24,000 nucleotides of DNA from Streptomyces sp. RKAG290 (GCF_023701695.1 NZ_JAJOZC010000001.1:3075894-3099893), one strand, 5' to 3'; positions 1-8,573 are shown, numbered from the stretch's first letter. Made by a program: numbers and translations. The notes: generated by a model not told the origin, from the letters alone.

Positions 1-1096
1 ACAGCCACTCCGCATAGGTCGCCAGGCCCTCGTTGAGCCACATGTCCTGCCAGCTCGCGGGCGTGACCGAGTCGCCGAACCACTGGTGCGCCATCTCGTG
101 GACGAGCAGACCGGTGCTCGGCGGCCCGGGGAAGAAGGGCCGGTTCTGGGTCTCCAGCGCGTACCCCGCGTCCCCCTTGCGCTCGACGATCGCGCCCGTG
201 GCGGTGAACGGGTACGGGCCGAAGTGCGCGGCCTCCCACTTCACGACCTCGGGGACCCGGGCCACGGTCCGGGCACTCGCCTTCGCCACCGCCGGGTCCA
301 CCGCGGTGAACACCGTGATGCCGCCCGCCATGGTCGACGTCTTCGTAGTGAAGCGGCCGACGGCCAGCGTCGCGAGATAGCTCGCCATCGGTTCCGGGGT
401 GTGCCAGCGATAGGTGGTGCGGCCCCCGGCCGTCGTGGGCGGACCGGCCGGCTCGCCGTTGGAGACCGCCGTCAGCCCCTCGGGGACGGTGACCTTCATG
501 TCGTACGAGGCCTTGTCGCTCGGGTGGTTGTTGCCCGGGAACCAGGCCATCGAACCGGTCGGTTCGCCCAGCGCCACCGCTCCGTCGGCGGTCGGCAGCC
601 AGCCCTCCTCGGAGTCGTCCGGGTCGGTGATGGTCTGCGGGGAGCCGGAGTAGTGGACGACGGTACGGAAGGTCCGGCCCCGGCGCAGCTTGCTCCCGAC
701 CTCGATGTCCGGACGCAGCGTCAGCTCGTCGCCCGCCCGGTTGACGGCGGCGGGACGCCCCTCCACGGTGGCCGAGTCCACCTTCAGCCCCACGAGATCC
801 AGGTTGAACGAGCTGAGGTCCTGGGTGGCGCGCGCGGTGATCGCGGCGGTGCCGCGCAGCCGGTGGGCGGCCGGGTCCACGTCGAGCGTGAGGTCGTAGT
901 GCGTGACGTCGTAGCCGCCGTTGCCGAGCTTCGGGAAGTACGGATCGCGCAGCCCGGAGGCGCCCGGGGTACCCGCCACACCACCGGCCCCCGCGGTGCA
1001 GGCGGGGGCGAGGAAGGCGAGGGCCAGGAGCAGGACGGTGGTCCTGGCCGCGCGGGGGGTGCGTGCCGTGCCGCGTACCGGGGGTCGCTGATCCAC
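1..1096 (-). CDS. M1-family zinc metallopeptidase (aminopeptidase N-like), N-terminal ~365 aa; the 3' end lies beyond the window start
   Basis: Absent from the ORF track because it runs off the window. Minus-strand translation from GTG 1096 gives MDQRPPVRGTARTPRAARTTVLLLALAFLAPACTAGAGG (signal peptide with Cys after the hydrophobic core). It continues ...DPYFPKLGNGGYDVTHYDLTLDVD...GYALETQNRPFFPG...LLVHEMAHQWFGDSVTPASWQDMWLNEGLATYAEWL. HEMAH (86-100) is followed 18 residues later by E, the gluzincin HEXXH-X18-E signature. GC3 bias is strong in this frame. Confidence 0.85.
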   Translation of the reverse strand, partial: MDQRPPVRGTARTPRAARTTVLLLALAFLAPACTAGAGGVAGTPGASGLRDPYFPKLGNGGYDVTHYDLTLDVDPAAHRLRGTAAITARATQDLSSFNLDLVGLKVDSATVEGRPAAVNRAGDELTLRPDIEVGSKLRRGRTFRTVVHYSGSPQTITDPDDSEEGWLPTADGAVALGEPTGSMAWFPGNNHPSDKASYDMKVTVPEGLTAVSNGEPAGPPTTAGGRTTYRWHTPEPMASYLATLAVGRFTTKTSTMAGGITVFTAVDPAVAKASARTVARVPEVVKWEAAHFGPYPFTATGAIVERKGDAGYALETQNRPFFPGPPSTGLLVHEMAHQWFGDSVTPASWQDMWLNEGLATYAEWL

Positions 1097-1125
1097 ACCG
1101 TTGATCCTATGTGCGGATTGTCGGA

Positions 1126-1375
1126 TTACGGGGATGCGGGCGGCCCCGACGGCGCCGGCCGTCGGAGCACCGCGATGCCCAGCGACCGTTCACCCGCCGT
1201 CAGCCGGACCGGTGGCGGCCTGCTTCGAGGTCCACGACCGCGATCCCGTTCCCGTACCCGTCCCGGGTGAAGCCCCCGGTGACGTAGGCCGTGCTGCCGT
1301 GCCGGTGGCATCCGCCGCGCAGCCGGCGAGCACGGCCGCCGCTGCCGGCACCGGCACCGCCCGGCGGACGGTCAC
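1126..1375 (-). pseudogene. Small putative secreted protein or lipoprotein with one YVTN/beta-propeller-like repeat; reading frame appears broken twice as assembled
   Basis: GTG 1375 overlaps the ankyrin gene stop (GTGA). It starts VTVRRAVPVPAAAAVLAGCAADATG (lipobox-like LAGC). Protein-like sequence then continues in the other two frames: GSTAYVTGGFTRDGYGNGIAVVDLEAGR, then VRLTAGERSLGIAVLRR..., with stop TAA at 1126. Length is 250 nt = 3n-2. The reconstruction is tentative. Confidence 0.3.
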
Positions 1376-1967
1376 CGGGTGTCCCGCAACAGCGCCGCGA
1401 TCTCCGCGAACCCGCGGCGCTCCGCGTGCGCCAGCGCCGTGACGCCGTCGCCGTCCGGCAGCCCGGGTGTCGCGCCCGCGGCCAGCAGCAGTTCGACGAT
1501 CTCCCGGTGCGCCCGGCCCCCGTCGCCGAGGATCACCGCTTCCAGCAGGGCCGTCCAGCCCAGCCGGTTGACGTGGTCGACGTCGATGTCCGTGACCCGG
1601 AGCAGCTCCCGTACGTAGCCGACATGGCCCCGCTCGCTCGCCGGGATCAGCGCGATGCCGCCGAACCGGTTGCGGAGCTTCAGATCCGGCCCGGCCGGCA
1701 GCAGCACGTGCAGCATCGGGACGCTGCCGGTGACGCCCGTGGCCAGCCACGGACTCTCCTCACGGCGGTCCTGCGCATCGGGGTCGGCACCCGCGTCGAC
1801 GAGCAGCCGCGCCACCTCCACATGGTCCCGTGCACGGCCAGCAGCAGCGGGGTGCGCAGCTCCTCGTCGCGGACGTCCACCCGGGCGCCGCCCTCGATCG
1901 CGGTCCGCACCGCATCGGTGTCGCCGGTCCGTGCGGCGTCGAGCAGCTGGTGATCGAGGGCGTTCAT
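1372..1967 (-). pseudogene. Ankyrin-repeat protein (~198 aa); one 1-nt frameshift as assembled, probably a sequencing artefact
   Basis: ATG 1967 with GGGAGA RBS gives MNALDHQLLDAARTGDTDAVRTAIEGGARVDVRDEELRTPLLLAVHG. The frame switches at CCC 1827-1829 to DHVEVARLLVDAGADPDAQD...GWTALLEAVILG...GVTALAHAERRGFAEIAALLRDTR, with stop at 1372-1374. This fits the ANK consensus (TPLxxAxxxGHxxxxxLLxxGADP). Length is 596 nt = 3n-1. Confidence 0.75.
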
Positions 1968-1991
1968 GTCCGTCTCCCGGGGTTGTCGCGA

Positions 1992-2548
1992 CTACTTGGC
2001 GAGGGCGGCGACGCCGGCCTGGGCGAACTTCTCGTCGAGGTCGCCGGACGGGGCCCCGCGACGCCGACACCGGCGACCGGGGCGCCCTTGACCGCGACCG
2101 GGGCGCCACCCGCGAGGAACAGCGTGCCAGGGATGTCCTTCAGGTTCGGGGTCTGGGCGAGCCGCTTGACCAGCTCGGAGGTCGGGGCGTTCCAGGACAC
2201 GGCGGTGTACGCCTTCTTCTCGGCCGACTCGTACGCCTGCGGGCCGGCGCCGTCGCCGCGCAGGGTGACGACGGTGTTGCCGTTGCGGTCGACGACGGAG
2301 ACCGCGACGCGCTGGTTCTCCTTCTCGGCCGCGTCCAGGGCCGCCTTCGCGGCCTTCGTGGCGGCGTCCACGGTCAGGTGCGTGGACTGCTGCAGGTTCC
2401 GGTCCGAGGTGTCGGCCTTGACGGTGGAGGCGGGCGCGGCGGCCGGGGCGGCGGCGTTCGCGGACACGGCGCCGAGGGTGCCGGCACCGAGGGCGGCGGC
2501 GGCGACGGTACCGGTCAGGACACGGGTGCGCAGCGACATCTTCTTCAT
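1992..2548 (-). pseudogene. hbpS: HbpS/GlcG-like (DUF336) secreted haem-binding protein; 1-nt frameshift near the 3' end as assembled
   Basis: ATG 2548 with GAGGAG RBS gives MKKMSLRTRVLTGTVAAAALGAGTLGAVSANA (signal peptide). It continues LTVDAATKAAKAALDAAEKENQRVAVSVVDRNGNTVVTLRGDGAGPQAYESAEKKAYTAVSW...FLAGGAPVAVKGAPVAGVGVAG. At GGGGCCCC 2050-2057 the conserved tail (A/P)PSGDLDEKFAQAGVAALAK continues one base out of frame to TAG 1992-1994. It lies divergent to a HisKA_3 kinase/NarL regulator pair, as in the described hbpS-senS-senR locus. Length is 557 nt = 3n-1. Confidence 0.75.
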
Positions 2549-2599
2549 GGGGGGCTCCTCAGCGGCGGCAATAGGTGGTTGCGGTGTTCCGAGATCAAT

Positions 2600-2625
2600 C
2601 CTCCGGCCGGTTCCGGGGCCGGAGG
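2600..2625. promoter_or_regulatory. Perfect 9-bp inverted repeat (CCTCCGGCC-N8-GGCCGGAGG) in the divergent hbpS/senS intergenic region; candidate operator
   Basis: Read directly at 2600-2608 and 2617-2625. It sits between two divergently transcribed genes of a regulatory module. Function is inferred only. Confidence 0.25.
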
Positions 2626-2782
2626 GTCGGCGTACCGGCTGGACGCCGCACGCGGGACGGCTGACGGCCCCATCGGCCGATCGGTTGATGCGGGGGCGGC
2701 CGATCAGGGTGACGATGGAATGTCCGCGCAGGTCAGCACCGGTCCCCACGACCGGGGCCCGCGGTGAGGAGCAGGGATACGA

Positions 2783-4027
2783 GTGGAGCAGCGAAACCGG
2801 CCGGTACGCGCCGCGGCGCCCGCCGCCGAGCTCGGCACCCGCGGGCTGGCCCTGCTCATGCACGCCGCGTTCTTCCTGCTGCTCGGCGCCTCACTGACCC
2901 GCTTCCTGCTGCGCCACCCCGGCGAGGCCCGCACCCCGTGGATCATCGGGCTGTCCGTAGCCCTGGCCGCCCTGTACGTGCTCGGCCCGGTCCTCGGCTC
3001 CCGGCCGACACCACGCAGCCTGCTCTGGCTCGGGGTGCTCGTCGCCGTGTGGATGGTGCTGGTCGTCCTCGCGCCGAGCTTCGCCTGGTGCGCGGTGCCG
3101 CTCTTCTACACCGGGCTGCGCATCCTGCCGCCGCGCGCCGCACTCGCCCTGGTCGCGCTGCTGACCCTGTTCGTCGTCGCCGCGCAACTGCGGCTGGCCG
3201 ACGGCTTCGACCCGAACCTGGTCCTCGCCCCGCCCGCCGTCGCGGCCGTCGCGACCGCCGTCTTCGTCCACATGCAGCGCCAGGCCGTGCGCCAGGGCGA
3301 ACTCATCGACGACCTGCTGCGCACCCGCCGCGAGCTGGCCGCCACCGAACGGCGCGAGGGCACCCTGGCTGAGCGGCAGCGGCTGTCCATGGAGATCCAC
3401 GACAGCCTCGCCCAGGGCCTGTCCAGCCAGCAGATGCTGCTCCAGGCCGCCGACCGCACCTGGGACACCGACCCCGCCACCGCCCGCCGCCACGTCCGCA
3501 CCGCCACCGGCATCGCGGAACGCAACCTCGCCGAGGCCCGCCGCTTCGTCCACGACCTCGCCCCCGCCGACCTCGCCGAAGGCGGCGGCCTCGAAGCGGC
3601 ACTGCACGCCCTCGCCGCCCGCGAGAGCGCACAGGCCCAGGGCCGCCTCACCGTCCGCTGCCACGTCGAGGGCGCATCCCCCACCGCACTGCCCGACCGC
3701 GTGCAGTCCGCACTGCTGCGGATCGCGCAGGGCGCACTGGCCAACGTGACCGAGCACGCCGGAGCCACCGAGGCCGCCCTGACGCTCACCCACCTCGACG
3801 ACCGGGTCGTCCTCGACATCGCCGACAACGGCCACGGCTTCGCCCCCGCCGCGCACACCGGGGCGCCGGGTGGCGTACGCGGCCACGGACTGCCCGCGAT
3901 GCGGGCCCGGCTGCGGCAGCTCGGCGGCACCCTGACCATCGAGTCCGCCCCCGGCGAAGGCACCGTGGTGACCGCCGCCGTCCCCTCACCCTCGCGCCCG
4001 CAGCCCCCTCCGACCCCAGGACTCCGC
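2783..4027 (+). CDS. senS: Membrane sensor histidine kinase, HisKA_3 (NarX/DesK) type, SenS-like; 3' end uncertain because there is no in-frame stop before the regulator gene
   Basis: GTG 2783. Several hydrophobic helices lie in the first ~170 aa (LALLMHAAFFLLLGASL, WIIGLSVALAALYVLGPVLG, LLWLGVLVAVWMVLVVLAP, ALALVALLTLFVVAAQL). H-box: ERQRLSMEIHDSLAQGLS. ATPase boxes: ANVTEHAGA, DNGHGF, GHGLPAMRARLRQLGGTLTIESAPGEGTVV. The ORF track shows one 626-aa ORF (2783-4663) running into the regulator. I set the end at the base before ATG 4028. Confidence 0.8.
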
Positions 4028-4663
4028 ATGACCGCGCACCCGCCCGTCCGGATCCTGCTCTGCGACGACCACGCCGTCGTACGCGCCGGACTCCTCGCCC
4101 TCCTCGGCAGCGAACCCGACATCGAGGTCGTCGGCGAAGCCGGCAGCGGCGAGGAGGCCGTCGCCCTGACGGCCAAGCTCACCCCGGACGTCGTCCTGAT
4201 GGACCTCCAGCTCGGCGAGGGCATCGACGGCGTCGAGGCCACCCGCCGCATCGCGGCCACCACCGGCGGCGCCCACGTCCTGGTCCTCACCACCTACGAC
4301 ACGGACGCCGACATCACCCGCGCCATCGAGGCGGGCGCCACCGGCTACCTGCTCAAGGCCGAACGGCCGGAGGAACTCTTCGCCGCTATCCGCTCGGCCG
4401 CCCAGGGCCGCACCACCCTCTCCCCGCCGGTCGCCAGCCGGGTCATGGCTCGCATGCGCAAGCCGCTGCCCACCCTCACCGACCGGGAACTCGACATCCT
4501 GGGCCAGCTCTCCCAGGGCCTGGGCAACCGCGACATCGCCCGCGCGCTGTTCATCAGCGAGGCCACGGTCAAGACCCACCTCGGCCGGATCTACGACAAA
4601 CTCGGCGTCGACACCCGCGCCGGCGCGGTCTCCGTGGCGAAGGAGCAACGCCTGCTGCCGTGA
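4028..4663 (+). CDS. senR: NarL/FixJ-family response regulator (receiver + LuxR/GerE HTH), SenR-like
   Basis: ATG 4028. Receiver: VRILLCDDHAVVRAGL...DVVLMDLQL...GYLLKA. HTH: LTDRELDILGQLSQGLGNRDIARALFISEATVKTHLGRIYDKLGV. Stop at 4661-4663. Confidence 0.9.
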   Translation: MTAHPPVRILLCDDHAVVRAGLLALLGSEPDIEVVGEAGSGEEAVALTAKLTPDVVLMDLQLGEGIDGVEATRRIAATTGGAHVLVLTTYDTDADITRAIEAGATGYLLKAERPEELFAAIRSAAQGRTTLSPPVASRVMARMRKPLPTLTDRELDILGQLSQGLGNRDIARALFISEATVKTHLGRIYDKLGVDTRAGAVSVAKEQRLLP

Positions 4664-4807
4664 CGGTCCCGCCGCGGAACCGAAGAGACAACGCCCCGGC
4701 CGCGGTGCCGGACGCCCGGGAGAAGGCTGCCGTGACGACCCCGCTGCGGAACCGGGCGAGGATCCACTGGTGCAGGAGCGACACGCCGGGCATGACACCA
4801 TCGAACC

Positions 4808-5305
4808 GTGCTCGACATCGGCTACTCCCTCTCCCGACGCTTCCCCGATCCCCCGCAGACCGACTACCGCCGAGCGGACGTCCATGCCCTGCGCCACGAT
4901 CTGTTCTCCGGGGACGTCTACCTCGCGGACACCAAGGAGGACCGCGAAGTATCCACAGCCTGGGGATGGGTGCCGGTGCTCGACTTCGCCTGGGCCCTGT
5001 GCGACATCGTCGAACAGGTCGACCGCGACCCCCGCGGCAACCGCTCGCACCGCCGCCAGTTCGCCGAACTCGACTTCACCGAGTCGTCCGACCGCATGCT
5101 CTTCGAGCGCCGCTTCGGCTGGGTCGACGTCGAGGCCGACTGGATGCCCGCGGAGGAAGCACCGCTCACCTTCAGCCACTCCGTGCTGCGCCGCGAGGCC
5201 CGCGACTTCCTGCACGACCTGATCGCCGACCTCGCCGACATGCACGAGGGCCTCGCCGACAACCCCGCGATCTGGGACCTCCAGGCCCGCTTCCCCCGGC
5301 TCTGA
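4808..5305 (+). CDS. Hypothetical protein (165 aa), acidic, no recognisable motif
   Basis: ORF-track ORF with good GC3 codon bias and non-repetitive composition (…WGWVPVLDFAWALCDIVEQVDRDPRG…FGWVDVEADWMPAEEAPLTF…). GTG start without a clear RBS, so the start is uncertain. Confidence 0.6.
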   Translation: MLDIGYSLSRRFPDPPQTDYRRADVHALRHDLFSGDVYLADTKEDREVSTAWGWVPVLDFAWALCDIVEQVDRDPRGNRSHRRQFAELDFTESSDRMLFERRFGWVDVEADWMPAEEAPLTFSHSVLRREARDFLHDLIADLADMHEGLADNPAIWDLQARFPRL

Positions 5306-5370
5306 GGGGCGCCCCACCCCGCAGGACACACCCCGGCCCGACGGGCCCCGGCCTTCGAAGGACACCCCCC

Positions 5371-5410
5371 GCGCGCCTCCCGGTGCCCGGCCGGCCCCCG
5401 GGAGGCGCGC
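5371..5410. terminator. 13-bp perfect stem (GCGCGCCTCCCGG / CCGGGAGGCGCGC, 14-nt loop) between convergent genes; candidate bidirectional terminator
   Basis: Read directly at 5371-5383 and 5398-5410. It lies between the stop at 5305 (+) and the stop at 5415 (-). There is no U-tract, which I recall being common in Streptomyces. Confidence 0.5.
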
Positions 5411-5414
5411 CGCC

Positions 5415-6122
5415 TCAGGCCTCCACCCGCACCCCGATCTGCGCCGCGAACGCCGGAGCCAGCTCCATCAGCTGCGACGGGCTGATCACCGCACCGGCCA
5501 GCCGCTCCACCCCGCGCGCGATGTCCAGCTCCGCGACCGTCCGCAGGTCCACCGACTCCATCCGCGCCGCACTGAAATCGGCCCGCTTCAGCACGCAGTC
5601 CCGGAACTCCACCCGGTCCAGCTGCGCACCCCCGAAATCCGGCTCGGACAGCACACAGCCCTCGAAGATCACATCCTTCAGCCGGGCCTTCCGCAGATTC
5701 AGGTAGTCGATCTTCCCGCCCCGCACCAGCACCCGCTCCAGCACCGCACCGTGCAGCTGCACCCCGCCCAGGCGCGCGTCCACGATCTCCACGTCCCGCA
5801 GCGACGCCCCCGCGAGATCGGTGCCCACCCCGCGCACCCCGGTCAGCACCGAATCGATGAACCGGGCCCTGACCAGCTCGGTACGGTCCAGCGCGCAGCC
5901 CTCCAGCGCACAGTCCATGAACCGGGCCCCCGGCGCCGACTCGTCCGCCAGGTCCACGGCCTCGAACCGCACGCTGTCGTAATCCCCGTCCGGCTCCAGC
6001 CCCGCGCCGTCGTACGCATCGAGCGTCGGCAGCCGCACCTCCGCCCGCCGCGCCACCGCGACAGCTCCCTTACCGCCACCGCTGCTCCCACGACCACTAC
6101 CGCTACCGCTGCTGCGCACCAT
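5415..6122 (-). CDS. Pentapeptide-repeat protein (~235 aa)
   Basis: The C-terminal 200 aa are tandem A(D/N)LxX-type quintets (ARFMDCALEGCALDRTELVRARFIDSVLTGVRGVGTDLAGASLRDVEIVDARLGGVQLHGAVLERVLV...ARLKDVIFEGCVLSEPDFGGAQLDRVEFRDCVLKRADFSAARMESVDL). I chose ATG 6122 (MVRSSGSGSG...). The longer 361-aa ORF-track version would overlap the divergent gene at 6231. The start is uncertain. Confidence 0.8.
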   Translation of the reverse strand: MVRSSGSGSGRGSSGGGKGAVAVARRAEVRLPTLDAYDGAGLEPDGDYDSVRFEAVDLADESAPGARFMDCALEGCALDRTELVRARFIDSVLTGVRGVGTDLAGASLRDVEIVDARLGGVQLHGAVLERVLVRGGKIDYLNLRKARLKDVIFEGCVLSEPDFGGAQLDRVEFRDCVLKRADFSAARMESVDLRTVAELDIARGVERLAGAVISPSQLMELAPAFAAQIGVRVEA

Positions 6123-6230
6123 CCCCCATCGTGACGCACGCCACCGACAACGCCCCGCCCCCGATGTCACATCCGGCCCCCGCCGTCCGTCCCCTCTGCA
6201 GGAGCACCTCCAGCGAAGGAGACCGGGACC

Positions 6231-7467
6231 ATGCAGCGCATCCACATCATCGGCGGCGGCCTCGCCGGATTCACCGCAGCCATCACCGCAGCCGAGTCCG
6301 GCGCCCTGGTGACCGTCCACGAGGCCCACCACACCCTCGGCGGACGCGCCAGGACCGCCGACGGCCCGTACCGCACCAACGAAGGACCGCACGCCCTCTA
6401 CCGCCGCGGCCCGCACTGGACCTGGCTCGAACAGCGCAACCTCCTCGGCCCCACCACCCCCGTGCCTCCCCTCGAAGCCACCCGGCTCCGCTTCCGCCAC
6501 CGGGGCACGCTGCGCCGCACCCCGCCCTGGCCCTCCTCCGGCTCAGCCGCCGCAACGCCGCGCAGGCCCCCGTCGCCACCGACTTCCGCACCTGGGCCAC
6601 CGCACGGATCGGCGAGGAAGGCGCCCGCGCCGCCGCGCACTACGCCGCCGTCGCCCTCTTCCACCACGACCCGGGCAGCCTCTCCGCCGCCTTCGTCCAG
6701 GAACGGCTGCACCGCGCCGGCGCCCTGCCACCCGAAGCCCGTTACCCGATCGGCGGCTGGGCCCAGCTCATCGACAGGATGGCCGCCCGCGCCTGGAACC
6801 TCAGCGTCCGCATCGAGACCGCGACCCGCATCGACCGGGCCGCCCTCCACGCCCTCGCCCGCACCGGCCCGGTCGTCGTCGCCACCTCCCTCGACTCCGC
6901 CCGCACCCTCCTGGACGACCCCGCACTCAGCTGGGCCTCCGGCCGCACGGCCCTCATCGACCTCGCCCTGCGCACCCGGCGCGGCGACGCGTTCGCCGTC
7001 TCCGACCTCGACGCCCCCGGCTGGATCGAACGCTTCAGCGCCCAGGACGGCACCCTGGCCCCGACGGACGACAGCTCCTCCAGGGACAGTTCCCGCTCGC
7101 CCCCGACGCCTCCCGGGCCACCGGCATCGCCCGCGCCGAAGAACTCCTCGACCTCGGCTTCCCCGGCTGGCGCGAACGCACCGTGTGGCGCCGCGAATCC
7201 CTCGCCGCCGGCCGCACCGGCGCCGTCGACCACCCCGGCACCACCTGGCGCGACCGGCCGGCCATCGACCGCGGCAACGGCGTCTACCTCGCCGGCGACC
7301 AGGTCGCCGCCCCCGGCGTGCTCAGCGAGGTCTCCTTCAACAGCGGCATGGAAGCGGCCCTCCTCGCCGTCACGGCCACCGAACACCGCACCACACCCGG
7401 CCACGGTGCGCCCGCCACCGAGCACCGCACCTCGCCCGGCTCACCGCTTGACCTCAAGCGCACCTGA
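6231..7467 (+). pseudogene. NAD(P)/FAD-binding oxidoreductase (amine-oxidase / phytoene-desaturase-like fold, ~412 aa); two 1-nt frameshifts as assembled
   Basis: GAAGGAG RBS and ATG 6231 give MQRIHIIGGGLAGFTAAITAAESGALVTVHEAHHTLGGRA (GxGxxG dinucleotide fold). The frame changes at C-runs 6520-6527 to ...LALLRLSRRNAAQAPVATDFRTWATARIGEEG...YPIGGWAQLIDRMAA.... It changes again at 7059-7062 to ...DGRQLLQGQFPLAPDASRATGIARAEELLDLGFPGWRERTVW...GVYLAGDQVAAPGVLSEVSFNSGMEAALLAV, with stop at 7465-7467. Length is 1237 nt = 3n-2. The 794-aa ORF 6131-8515 in the track is an artefact of the middle frame reading into the next gene. Confidence 0.75.
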
Positions 7468-7513
7468 GGTCGGAGGGTGGGGGCACCGAGACCCACAGCC
7501 CGGGGAGCCCGCC

Positions 7514-8515
7514 ATGCACGCCGTCCGCCTCCACACCTTCGGCCCGGCCGAGAACCTCACCTACGAACGCACCGATGACCCCGTCCCCGCACCCGGCCAG
7601 GTCCGGATCGCCGTCCGCGCCGCCGGCGTACACCTCCTCGACACCGCCCTGCGCCAGGGCATGACCGGGCCGTTCCCCGCACCCGCCGAACTGCCCACCG
7701 TCCCCGGCCGCGAGATCGCCGGCACCGTCGAATCACTCGGCGAGGGCACCGACCCCGACTGGCTCGGCCGGCGCGTTGTCGCCCACCTCGGCACCGCCCC
7801 CGGCGGCTACGCCGAACTCACCGTCACCGAAGCCGACCGGCTCCACCCCGTACCCGACGGCCTCTCCGACGCCGAAGCCGTCGCCATGATCGGCACCGGC
7901 CGCACCACCCTGGGCATCCTCGGATTCACGCCGCTCGGGCCCGACTCCGTCGCGCTGGTCACCGCTGCCGCCGGCGGCATCGGCACCCTGCTCGTCCAGT
8001 ACGCCAAGAACGCCGGAGCCACCGTCATCGGCCTCGCCGGCGGGCCCGCCAAGACCTCCCTCGTCCGCGCGAACGGCGCCGACCTCGCCGTCGACTACAC
8101 CCTCCCCGACTGGCCCCGCCACGTCCGGACCTACCTCGACGACCGCGGCCGCCGCGCCACCGTCGTCTACGACTCCGTCGGCTCCACCACCGCACGCGCC
8201 GCCGTCGACCTCCTCGGCAAGGGCGGGCAGCACGTCGTCTACGGCTGGTCCGGCCAGGGGCTCCACGACGGCCGCCCGCTCACCTTCACCGAGGACGAAC
8301 TCGCCGCGCTTGCCATCACCTCGCAGAACGTCCTCGGGCCCGCGATGATCCAACGCGGCGGCGGCCTGCGCGCCCTGGAGACCCGGGCCCTCGCCGAGGC
8401 AGCCGCCGGCCGCCTGCGACCCGCCGTCCGGCGCTACCCGCTCGCCGAGGCAGCCGCCGCCCATCGCGCCCTCGAAACCCGCGGCACCACCGGCAAGGTC
8501 GTGCTCATCCCCTGA
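7514..8515 (+). CDS. Zinc-type alcohol dehydrogenase / NADPH:quinone oxidoreductase family (MDR superfamily)
   Basis: GGGGAG RBS and ATG 7514 give MHAVRLHTFGPAENLTYERTDDPVPAPGQVRIAVRAAGVHLLD...PGREIAGTV. Nucleotide-binding motif VTAAAGGIGTLLVQYAKNAGATVIGLAG. It ends ...TTGKVVLIP with stop at 8513-8515. Confidence 0.9.
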   Translation: MHAVRLHTFGPAENLTYERTDDPVPAPGQVRIAVRAAGVHLLDTALRQGMTGPFPAPAELPTVPGREIAGTVESLGEGTDPDWLGRRVVAHLGTAPGGYAELTVTEADRLHPVPDGLSDAEAVAMIGTGRTTLGILGFTPLGPDSVALVTAAAGGIGTLLVQYAKNAGATVIGLAGGPAKTSLVRANGADLAVDYTLPDWPRHVRTYLDDRGRRATVVYDSVGSTTARAAVDLLGKGGQHVVYGWSGQGLHDGRPLTFTEDELAALAITSQNVLGPAMIQRGGGLRALETRALAEAAAGRLRPAVRRYPLAEAAAAHRALETRGTTGKVVLIP

Positions 8516-8537
8516 ACCCGGAGGGGGCAGCGGCCCG

Positions 8538-8564
8538 GCGGGCGGGAACGGGAACCCCGCCCGC
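8538..8564. terminator. 9-bp GC stem hairpin (GCGGGCGGG-N9-CCCGCCCGC) between convergent genes
   Basis: Read directly. It lies between the stop at 8515 (+) and the stop at 8574 (-). Confidence 0.45.
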
Positions 8565-8573
8565 GCCCGGCCT

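Noticed and set aside
86-1270. 394-aa plus-strand ORF
   Set aside because: It is antisense to the M1 peptidase gene. The translation is Arg/Gly/Pro-rich with no motif, a typical shadow ORF of high-GC DNA. The opposite strand carries the HEXXH-X18-E protein.
2891-4293. Long minus-strand ORFs (2891-3886, 3106-4293) opposite the kinase/regulator genes
   Set aside because: Low-complexity Ala/Gly/Arg/Ser-rich translations lying antisense to clearly motif-bearing senS/senR.
3986-5365. 459-aa minus-strand ORF
   Set aside because: It is antisense to senR and to the hypothetical gene at 4808-5305. It has no motifs and a Gly/Ala/Arg-rich composition.
6131-8515. 794-aa plus-strand ORF suggesting a large fusion protein
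   Set aside because: It is an artefact. Its first 130 aa are out-of-frame sequence, its middle is the central part of the frameshifted FAD oxidoreductase, and it then reads in frame into the separate quinone oxidoreductase, which has its own RBS and ATG at 7514.
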